Source: Candidatus Bathyarchaeia archaeon (lineage in GTDB: Archaea > Thermoproteota > Bathyarchaeia > Bathyarchaeales > Bathycorpusculaceae). Taken from it: a stretch of DNA of 64,000 bases. How positions within the stretch are numbered: position 1 is the stretch's first letter; every line of letters begins with the position of its first letter. Shown piece after piece: positions 9,155-16,039 of this stretch. Both the position numbers and the translations under genes were made by a program. The DNA is taken from contig JAVYWL010000004.1 of the NCBI GenBank assembly GCA_038727135.1, positions 1 through 64,000 of the forward strand, in the 5' to 3' direction. The notes under the pieces are model-generated. The model did not search any database, was not told the DNA's origin, and worked only from the letters and a program-made list of their open reading frames with translations.

Positions 9155-9306
9155 TAACAAGTCACCTCTAAAGATATGTCGTTTAATGATGGTTCGCCTA
9201 CGCTTAGCCATGTGCACATGCTCTTGTAGGGGCAGCCCCTGCATAGGCCGGGGTATTTCACTATTACCCTGTCACGTTTTCCGAAACACCATTCTCGGTT
9301 AGCCAT
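9154..9306 (-). CDS. 50-aa Cys-rich microprotein (not in ORF track)
   Basis: MANREWCFGKRDRVIVKYPGLCRGCPYKSMCTWLSVGEPSLNDISLEVTC; TGATG coupling upstream, TAATG downstream. Confidence 0.7.
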   Translation of the reverse strand: MANREWCFGKRDRVIVKYPGLCRGCPYKSMCTWLSVGEPSLNDISLEVTC

Positions 9307-9611
9307 CAACCCGTCACCTCGAGAAGGCTTAACTGGACAGTTTGAGGCTCCTCTTCCACACAGCCCTCATAGATTCTCGGCAGCTTGTAGCCCGTCGCGT
9401 TTGGCAAGTCGAAGCGAATCCTAAAGCCCTCATGCGTGACGGTGAATCCCCAACCGTTGTTCAAACAAACTTGGCTATTGTAAGCCCTTTTAACTTTCTC
9501 GACAAAACGCTCATCATCCATTAACCATTCAACTGAAGGCTCAACGGCTGCGAAAGTTGTTCTGTCCAGGCGGATGTATCTTCGGCCCCTAACATTTACC
9601 ACATCATTCAT
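9306..9611 (-). CDS. Hypothetical protein
   Basis: 101 aa, GAGGT RBS, first gene of the leftward small-ORF operon. Confidence 0.75.
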   Translation of the reverse strand: MNDVVNVRGRRYIRLDRTTFAAVEPSVEWLMDDERFVEKVKRAYNSQVCLNNGWGFTVTHEGFRIRFDLPNATGYKLPRIYEGCVEEEPQTVQLSLLEVTG

Positions 9612-9612
9612 T

Positions 9613-9694
9613 TTCTATACCTCGGTTTATACTTATGTCTAAACAAGTATTTAAACCTTTCTATACTTAGGTTTAGAAAAATTTTTATACCACG
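9613..9694. promoter_or_regulatory. Repeated operator-like motifs in divergent promoter
   Basis: TTCTATACCTCGGTTTA (9613-9629) and TTCTATACTTAGGTTTA (9659-9675), 15/17 identical, plus weaker TTATAC-led copies. Confidence 0.55.
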
Positions 9695-9720
9695 GAATTC
9701 ATAGGAGGTATGGTGGTAGC

Positions 9721-9885
9721 ATGGTTAAAGAAGCTGAAACAAAAATTTACAAAACAAACGGCCGTCACTACCTCTATCTGCCAAAAGATTTAATCACAGA
9801 CTCTAATTTTCCGCTTGACATTAAAAAGCCAATAATCATACGCATAGAAGGCCAAAAACTAATCGTTGAAAACAAGAAAGCGTAA
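9721..9885 (+). CDS. AbrB/SpoVT-like swapped-hairpin protein, 54 aa (not in ORF track)
   Basis: MVKEAETKIYKTNGRHYLYLPKDLITDSNFPLDIKKPIIIRIEGQKLIVENKKA; similar to host gene 62514-62717. Confidence 0.8.
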   Translation: MVKEAETKIYKTNGRHYLYLPKDLITDSNFPLDIKKPIIIRIEGQKLIVENKKA

Positions 9886-9914
9886 GCATTTTTTACGCTT
9901 TTAGGCTAGCCTAA
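9877..9914. terminator. Hairpin plus 14-bp palindrome between convergent AbrB-like genes
   Basis: AAAGCGTAA-gcatttt-TTACGCTTT, then TTAGGCTAGCCTAA. Confidence 0.5.
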
Positions 9915-10033
9915 GTTGTGCAGAAATGCTTAGTTGTGTCCATGCTCTTGCTTCAGTTGAGGGTATCTTCCACATTGCCCTTTTTGAAAAGGGCTCAGTT
10001 TTGCAGCCCCTCATCACCGCAACCCCATGTTTC

Positions 10034-10198
10034 TTACGGTGAACTTTCAGCCCGCCTCATGCAGATTTTATCGTTTTCAAGCCAAATCTCCAAAACATCG
10101 CCTTCTTTTAGGCCTAACTGTTCAACAATGGCTTTTGGAATTAAAATTCTAAGGCTGCCGCCTGAACGCACAATTTTATGGCGCAGCTTCAAACTCAT
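10034..10198 (-). CDS. AbrB/MazE/SpoVT family DNA-binding protein, 54 aa (not in ORF track)
   Basis: MSLKLRHKIVRSGGSLRILIPKAIVEQLGLKEGDVLEIWLENDKICMRRAESSP: classic G.SL.I.IPK.I...LGLKEGD motif. Confidence 0.88.
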   Translation of the reverse strand: MSLKLRHKIVRSGGSLRILIPKAIVEQLGLKEGDVLEIWLENDKICMRRAESSP

Positions 10199-10330
10199 AT
10201 CTTGAAAAGTGTAGCCTTCATGTTTTTAATTGTTTCTAAAAAATCATTTTTTATAGATTGCCAAGCAGTTAAAAAATATTTTTTAGAAGATTTTAAATAG
10301 GTTAAGAGTAGAATAAAATGTTCTATTAGA

Positions 10331-10432
10331 GGTGAAGCTGAGGCAAACCGGCCTAGCCTAACCAACGCAAAATTCCCCCTCCGGAAATAAACACGTCATC
10401 TCTCCTTTCTCCCGCTCAGCCTCAGCTTCACC
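10331..10432. repeat. Perfect 14-bp inverted repeat enclosing 74 nt
   Basis: GGTGAAGCTGAGGC (10331-10344) / GCCTCAGCTTCACC (10419-10432). Confidence 0.85.
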
Positions 10433-10443
10433 CCCGGGAAAAC

Positions 10444-10902
10444 ATGGAGGAAGAGGAAATGAAAACGAAAAGTAAAGTTGCTTTGGCGGCGTTGATACTT
10501 GCCAGCATAATCGGCATATCTATGGCGGTTCAATACCTCAACTGGGAAGTTGGCAATCGAGTTGAAGTTATAGGTTATTTAATGGTGAAAGTTTACAAGG
10601 ACGAGGCTTGCACTGAACCGTTAACCTACATTGACTGGGGAACCGCATATCGAGGTGCACAGCTCGAATATTGCGCCTACATTAAAAATGAGGGTGAAAT
10701 ACCGGCCTATGTAACCTGGAGCGTGAGCGGCCTCCCTTCATGCTTGCAGCTTTCAATATATGATTGGTCGCAAAACATGGTAAAATTATTGAATCCAGGA
10801 AATAGACTGATGATTCGATTCATGTTAACGGTTGCTAGCGATGCGCCATACCAGACTTTCACGTTTACCATCACCTTCACAGCGACGGACACGTATCCTT
10901 AA
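10444..10902 (+). CDS. Secreted/anchored beta-rich (Ig-like) protein
   Basis: Basic plus hydrophobic N-terminus, VY.D.ACT.P...IDWG and YIKNEG motifs, alternating beta-strand C-terminus; true start probably MKTK at 10459. Confidence 0.75.
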   Translation: MEEEEMKTKSKVALAALILASIIGISMAVQYLNWEVGNRVEVIGYLMVKVYKDEACTEPLTYIDWGTAYRGAQLEYCAYIKNEGEIPAYVTWSVSGLPSCLQLSIYDWSQNMVKLLNPGNRLMIRFMLTVASDAPYQTFTFTITFTATDTYP

Positions 10903-11078
10903 ACGCACATCCAATCCCCCATTTTTCTGTTTAACACAAGCCCGCATCGGCTGCAGCAAACCTCACCAGTCAAACCGTCGCGGACAGCTTTCCTGGAACC
11001 GCAAAGCGGACAAGGCGTTTTAAGCTCTATTTCCACTCGAACATAATGGCTAACATCTTTATCCGGAGGCACAGTCAT
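10899..11078 (-). CDS. Stand-alone TFIIB/TFB-type zinc-ribbon protein (59 aa)
   Basis: CPLCGSRKAVRDGLTGEVCCSRCGLVLNRKMGD aligns ungapped at 17/33 identity with the Zn ribbon of host TFB (44111-45049); start uncertain. Confidence 0.75.
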   Translation of the reverse strand: MTVPPDKDVSHYVRVEIELKTPCPLCGSRKAVRDGLTGEVCCSRCGLVLNRKMGDWMCV

Positions 11079-11152
11079 TTTAAAGGCCTCATAAACGTTG
11101 CACAATGAGAAAAAATGGGGGTGTGTGGGAGAAGTCACCTCAAAGCTTTTGT

Positions 11153-11185
11153 AATGTTTCTTTCCGTCTTAATATGTATTGTTAT
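11153..11185 (+). repeat. Putative right att site (core AATGTTTCT 11153-11161)
   Basis: Direct repeat of 500-532, just outside the stop of the first host-type gene. Confidence 0.6.
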
Positions 11186-11192
11186 TTCTGAA

Positions 11193-11930
11193 TCAACAAT
11201 CACTAATTATCTTTGGAACCTCTTTTAGACTTTTCACAACAAAGTCCGGCTTAATGTTTGTGCAATCTGGTTTAGACGTGTCTGTCGCGGATGTCTTTCG
11301 AAGGACTAGGATGGCTTTCATCCCAACATTTTTTGCGCCATCAACGTCCATGCTTGGCGTGTCGCCAACAAAAATAGCCTCAAAAGGAGCCACATTTAGG
11401 CTTTCTAGTGCCTTTTGAAAGATTTCAGGGCTTGGCTTGCGCTTGTTAACCTCGGCAGAAATAATAACGACGTCAAAGAACCTTTTCAAGTCATATTTTT
11501 CAAGGAGCGCCCAAACACACTCTGGTATGGCGAAGTTGGAAATCAAGCCAAGCTTATATTTGCCGTAAAGCCGCTGCAGCACATCCATAGCGTCTTTATC
11601 GAGGCTTACATATTTCATGAACTCTTTAGCAAAGCATTCAGTAGTCTCGGCAATGATGGCGTAAGAAAGGTCATAATTGTAGCCCAGCCTTTGGAGGGTT
11701 TTCCAAACGCGAATGTTAAAGTGTGGCTCCTCGAGATTCTTGTTCGCCTCCACGTATATGGCGTCCCTAACCTCAAAATAGACCTTCCTAAATTCTTCAA
11801 AGGAGACATCAACGCCTTTCCCTACCAGAAAATTGTGGAGCTTTTGAAGGCACGGAGTGTAAAAGGCATTGCCGCCTTCAACTAAGAGAAGCGTGTCAAA
11901 TAGGTCGAATAGTACAGCCTTAACCTTCAA
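11193..11930 (-). CDS. HAD-superfamily hydrolase
   Basis: FDLFDTL motif I, ISN, KPSPEIF, VGD...DVDGA. Confidence 0.92.
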   Translation of the reverse strand: MKVKAVLFDLFDTLLLVEGGNAFYTPCLQKLHNFLVGKGVDVSFEEFRKVYFEVRDAIYVEANKNLEEPHFNIRVWKTLQRLGYNYDLSYAIIAETTECFAKEFMKYVSLDKDAMDVLQRLYGKYKLGLISNFAIPECVWALLEKYDLKRFFDVVIISAEVNKRKPSPEIFQKALESLNVAPFEAIFVGDTPSMDVDGAKNVGMKAILVLRKTSATDTSKPDCTNIKPDFVVKSLKEVPKIISDC

Positions 11931-11933
11931 CGC

Positions 11934-14384
11934 TTATCTCTTTTCCTTCCTTTTCAGCATGTTTTCCAGCACTGGGCGCAGCTTCTCATTTTCCGCCTTT
12001 ATCCGTTCCCTGCCGAGGGCTCGCATCTGCTCGGTCATTTCTCGGATGAGCTCTGCAAACTTTACGCCTTCAGCCGCTGATATGTATTCCACTCGGAACC
12101 TTTCTGGGCTTAAGCCGAGCTTATGGAGCATAGGCGCCAAAGCATCCATTCTTGCTTTCATCTTCCAGTTTCCACTAATATAATGGCAGTCGTAGGGTAG
12201 GTGGCATGCCGCCACAAGAACCATGCCAGCCCCAAGCCTAAAAGCCTCCAAAACAAAGTCTCTGTCAACTCTTCCGGAGCACATAACCCTTATTGGACGT
12301 ATTGTCGGCGGGTACTCGAAGCGGCTTGTTCCGGCTAAGTCGGCCCCCGCATAACTGCACCAGTTGCATAGGAAAGCCAAAATCTTGTCTTCTGGGTTTT
12401 TTTCTAAGGCTGTTCGCAGCTGAGCCAATATTTGGGCGTCTGTGAAGTGCATCTGTTGTATGGCGTCTGCTGGGCATTCCGCCGCACATGTTCCGCAGCC
12501 GTGGCACATAGCCGTAATGACTTGGGCTGGCTTCTTTTCTTCGGCTTTTATGGCTCCATATGGGCAGCGTTCAGCACATATCCCACATTTTGTCGTGACA
12601 TTCCGGCACCTAGTCGGGTCGACAACAGCGATGATGGGCTCAATCTTCCAAGTTTTCTTGGATAAGACCGTGGCTGCACGGGCTGCTGCGCCGCAGCCTT
12701 GCGAAACGCTGTAGGGTATGTCCTTTGGTCCTTGACATGCCCCTGCTAGGAATATGCCGTCTGTAGGTGCATCTAATGGCTTTAGCTTCGGGTGGCTCTC
12801 CATGAAGAAGCCGTCTGCGCCTCTTGTCAAGTTGAGGATGCGGGCTATATCCTCTGTGCCCTTCTTGGGTATGGCTGCCGTTGCCAAAACAACCATCTCC
12901 GCCTCAACTTCTATTGGCATGCCCAAGTTGGCATCCTCAGCGTGAATGATGAGGTTTTTGGTTTTCGGGTCTTCGAATATGCGGCTCACCCGCCCACGAA
13001 TGAAGTTCACGCCGAGTTCACGAGCACGCTGATAGAATTCCTCAAAGCCTTTGAAGTTGGTTCGCATATCCATGTAAAAGACGTAAACTTCTATGTCTTC
13101 CTTGTACTTCTCCTTAAGCTGGACAACATGCTTAAGCGTGTACATGCAGCAGAAGTTGGAACAATATGGGTACTTGTTTGTGTCCCGTGAACCAACACAC
13201 TGGATGAAGGCTACACTATGGGGCTTTTGCCCATCAGAAGCCCGCACCACTTTTCCGCCGGTTGGACCAGCCGCAAGAATAAGCCTCTCAAACTCCAGTG
13301 AGGTTATCACGTTTGTGTATTTGCCATAACCATAAAGCTGATTATCATAGGGCAAGTAAATGTCATAGCCTGTCGCCACAATTATGGCGCCAACTTCAAG
13401 CTCGATTTCCTCTGGCTTCTGGTCAAAGTTTATGGCTTGTCTGGCACCGCAAGCATCCACACACTTGTAGCACTCAATACAGTAGTCACGATTAATTGTA
13501 TAAACAAGCGGAACAGCTTGGTCAAAGGGCACCGATATGGCTTTTCTAACGCCGAGTCCCATGTCCCACTCGTTTGGATACTCTATGGGGCAGACGTCTT
13601 TGCATTCGCCACATCCCGTACAGTTTTCGGCAATAACGTAGCGCGGATTCTTCCTAATGCGAACTTTAAAGTTGCCTATGAAACCGCTGACGCTAAGCAA
13701 ATCAGCATAGGAAATTATCTCGATGTTTGGATGCCGACCAACGTCCACCATTTTCGGTCCTTCAATGCAGATGGAACAGTCCAATGTTGGAAAAGTTTTG
13801 TCCAACTGCGCCATGTGCCCACCTATGCTTTCGCCCTTTTCAAGAAGGTAAACCTTGAAGCCCATCTCAGCCAGGTCTAGGGCTGCATTCATGCCGGCTA
13901 TGCCGCCGCCAATGACCAAAGCCTTGTTTGTGACAGGCACCTCAATTGTTTGCAGTGGCATCAGAAGCCTAGCCTTTGCCACAGCCATCTTGATTAAGTC
14001 CTTAGCCTTTTCTGTCGCTTCCTTAGGAGTGCTCGGATGACACCAGGATGAAAACTCACGGATGTTAGCCATCTCAAAAAGGTACGGGTTTAAGCCAGCC
14101 TCTGAAACCGTCCGCCGAAATGTAACCTCGTGCATGCGTGGCGAACAAGCAGCCACAACAACGCGGTTAAGCCTATGCTCCTTTATGGCTTTCCTAATTT
14201 CCTCCTGTCCAGGATCTGCACATGTGTAGCGGTTATCCTTAACGTAAACAACGTCTGGAATGGTCTTTGCAAACTCAACAAGCTCCTTAATGTCAATGAC
14301 TCCAGCAATGTTCAAACCACAGTGGCATATGAAAACACCTATGCGAAGCTCTTCGGGCTTATTTTCAGCTCGCCTCTCCACCAT
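11934..14384 (-). CDS. hdrA: Heterodisulfide reductase subunit A fused to MvhD
   Basis: IGVFICHCG, AACSP, GGGIAG FAD motif, DKTFPTLDC, IQCVGSRD, CQGPKDI, ferredoxin motifs; C-terminal FLCNWCSYAGAD, RVMCSGRV, CHY = MvhD. Confidence 0.95.
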   Translation of the reverse strand: MVERRAENKPEELRIGVFICHCGLNIAGVIDIKELVEFAKTIPDVVYVKDNRYTCADPGQEEIRKAIKEHRLNRVVVAACSPRMHEVTFRRTVSEAGLNPYLFEMANIREFSSWCHPSTPKEATEKAKDLIKMAVAKARLLMPLQTIEVPVTNKALVIGGGIAGMNAALDLAEMGFKVYLLEKGESIGGHMAQLDKTFPTLDCSICIEGPKMVDVGRHPNIEIISYADLLSVSGFIGNFKVRIRKNPRYVIAENCTGCGECKDVCPIEYPNEWDMGLGVRKAISVPFDQAVPLVYTINRDYCIECYKCVDACGARQAINFDQKPEEIELEVGAIIVATGYDIYLPYDNQLYGYGKYTNVITSLEFERLILAAGPTGGKVVRASDGQKPHSVAFIQCVGSRDTNKYPYCSNFCCMYTLKHVVQLKEKYKEDIEVYVFYMDMRTNFKGFEEFYQRARELGVNFIRGRVSRIFEDPKTKNLIIHAEDANLGMPIEVEAEMVVLATAAIPKKGTEDIARILNLTRGADGFFMESHPKLKPLDAPTDGIFLAGACQGPKDIPYSVSQGCGAAARAATVLSKKTWKIEPIIAVVDPTRCRNVTTKCGICAERCPYGAIKAEEKKPAQVITAMCHGCGTCAAECPADAIQQMHFTDAQILAQLRTALEKNPEDKILAFLCNWCSYAGADLAGTSRFEYPPTIRPIRVMCSGRVDRDFVLEAFRLGAGMVLVAACHLPYDCHYISGNWKMKARMDALAPMLHKLGLSPERFRVEYISAAEGVKFAELIREMTEQMRALGRERIKAENEKLRPVLENMLKRKEKR

Positions 14385-14385
14385 T

Positions 14386-15318
14386 TTATGGGGCCCTCCA
14401 ACCCAACCTTTTCTCAACGGATTCCAAAGCCCTTTGGGAACCTTTAGCCTTCAACTCCTTAGTAATTTCAAGAGGAGAAGCCAAACGCTCCAAGGCCTTG
14501 TTCCAAGCCCCAGAGCGAACAGGAGTGTGCATAATCTTGGTTCTTTTAAGCTCTAAGGCTTCTGGCACCGGACAAACAACCTTGCAAGCTCCGCAATAAA
14601 CGCAGAAAGTTTCATTCACGTGAACCTTCTTATCTGCTTCGGACAAATATAGTGCCCCGGTTATTGGGCATACATCAAGGCAGTCTTTACAACCCTCTGG
14701 ACATTTATCCTGATTTATGCTTACCTTTCCATAGAAACTTTTGCGGACATGGAGAACCCCTTCTGGACATTTGAATTCGCATATTCTACAGCATGGGCAA
14801 AGCTCCTTCTTGACATCAACATTAACCTTCAAATCCTTCCACTCTTTCTTCGTTAAAGAGTCTAAATCTTCAACAATCTTTCCTTCCGGAGCAAGCCACT
14901 TCACTTTAATGAGATTTAAGGGGCAAGCCTTCTCACATTCAACACAGTCTACTGGGCACTTGCTTGTATCAATTTGAATGTCGCGGATAAGTTGCGGAAA
15001 GCTCTCCTTCTCAACAACGTTTAAAACATGCTCTCCATTAACCGTTACTCTAATCGCCCCATAAGGGCATAAGATGTCGCATATGCCACAGAAATTGCAC
15101 TTCTCAAGGGCTATGTCAACACGCGCATGTTGTGCTTTTCCATCAGGCGTTTTTGGTTGTTTCTCAAGTTTTATGGCTTCTTTTGGGCATGCTAAAGTGC
15201 AAATTTCACATCCAACACATAGCTTACGATCAAGGGTTAACTTGTAATTTTTAACATGCAAAATCCATTCAAGAGTTAAGGCTTCCGCGGTTTCTCTCTT
15301 CAAGGTTTTAAGGGGCAT
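14386..15318 (-). CDS. Polyferredoxin (multiple [4Fe-4S])
   Basis: Six CxxCxxCxxxCP-type motifs. Confidence 0.92.
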   Translation of the reverse strand: MPLKTLKRETAEALTLEWILHVKNYKLTLDRKLCVGCEICTLACPKEAIKLEKQPKTPDGKAQHARVDIALEKCNFCGICDILCPYGAIRVTVNGEHVLNVVEKESFPQLIRDIQIDTSKCPVDCVECEKACPLNLIKVKWLAPEGKIVEDLDSLTKKEWKDLKVNVDVKKELCPCCRICEFKCPEGVLHVRKSFYGKVSINQDKCPEGCKDCLDVCPITGALYLSEADKKVHVNETFCVYCGACKVVCPVPEALELKRTKIMHTPVRSGAWNKALERLASPLEITKELKAKGSQRALESVEKRLGWRAP

Positions 15319-15422
15319 CCGTCAACCACCAAGTCCCCAAATCTTCCATTAGTGAACCATGTAAGAGTATAGCTCTAACCTTCCACTTTCATATATAGTT
15401 TAGGTTAAACAGCCCACGAAAT

Positions 15423-15992
15423 TTAATGATGACCGGGCTTCTTGCAAACAGCCACATAACATTTTAGGCTTTCATTACCATTTGAAAATTCAATTACACT
15501 TAAACCAACCTTACGCAATAAACCCTCAAAAACCTCCAAAGAAAACTTCTTCTTCAATCCCGTAACAATTATGTAAGCATCTTTCCCCGCTACTCTGCAA
15601 ATTTCTGCTAGAGTTCTCTCGGGATCTGGCATGTTCTGGAGCAGAGTCACAGCAAAAACATGGCTGAAAACATGATCCCTAAAAGGCGGATAATCAGCAT
15701 CAGCCAAAACCAAACATACATTGCCAAAGGCTTTAGCCCGTCTTTCAGCCTCCGCCAAAATCTTCCTTGAAATATCCAGCCCCACCACCATGGCGGCTTT
15801 TTCAGCGATGTACTCAAAAAGCAAGCCTGTACCGCAGCCACAATCCAAAATCAGGCAATTTCCGCCGATTTTTACGCTTCTTAAGGCGTTCTCGATTTTA
15901 GCCCTTTGCTCCTCAGCATATTGCTCATCGTAGCCTTTCGCCGTCAAATCATAGTGCTGCATGTTATCGCGCTTAAGCTCCCACTCACTCAT
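15423..15992 (-). CDS. Class I SAM-dependent methyltransferase
   Basis: ILDCGCGTG, VVGLDIS motifs. Confidence 0.9.
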   Translation of the reverse strand: MSEWELKRDNMQHYDLTAKGYDEQYAEEQRAKIENALRSVKIGGNCLILDCGCGTGLLFEYIAEKAAMVVGLDISRKILAEAERRAKAFGNVCLVLADADYPPFRDHVFSHVFAVTLLQNMPDPERTLAEICRVAGKDAYIIVTGLKKKFSLEVFEGLLRKVGLSVIEFSNGNESLKCYVAVCKKPGHH

Positions 15993-16039
15993 AAGGGTCT
16001 TCAGAAGTTTTATCTAGCATAAAGGGATTCTAAAACTAT

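Larger units (their letters stand above)
9034..9320 (-). repeat. 17-bp gene-junction repeat GAGGTGACGGGTTGATG (9034-9050, 9304-9320; variant 9152-9168)
   Basis: Two exact copies and one 14/17 copy, each providing RBS and start codon of consecutive small genes. Confidence 0.85.
500..11161. mobile_element. Integrated plasmid/satellite-like element (~10.7 kb)
   Basis: Tyrosine integrase at one end, Prim-Pol/P-loop replication gene, many small hypothetical and regulatory ORFs, bounded by direct repeat AATGTTTCT; host-type genes resume at 11193. Confidence 0.88.

Noticed and set aside
9918-10205. 95-aa plus-strand ORF
   Set aside because: Shadow of the minus-strand AbrB gene 10034-10198
10916-11121. 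Inverted repeats CCCCCATTTTT as MITE ends around the Zn-ribbon ORF
   Set aside because: No target-site duplication seen; same C-tract/T-tract form as terminators elsewhere in the element
11934-14417. Selenocysteine recoding in HdrA/MvhD
   Set aside because: ORF is uninterrupted and uses Cys at the relevant sites
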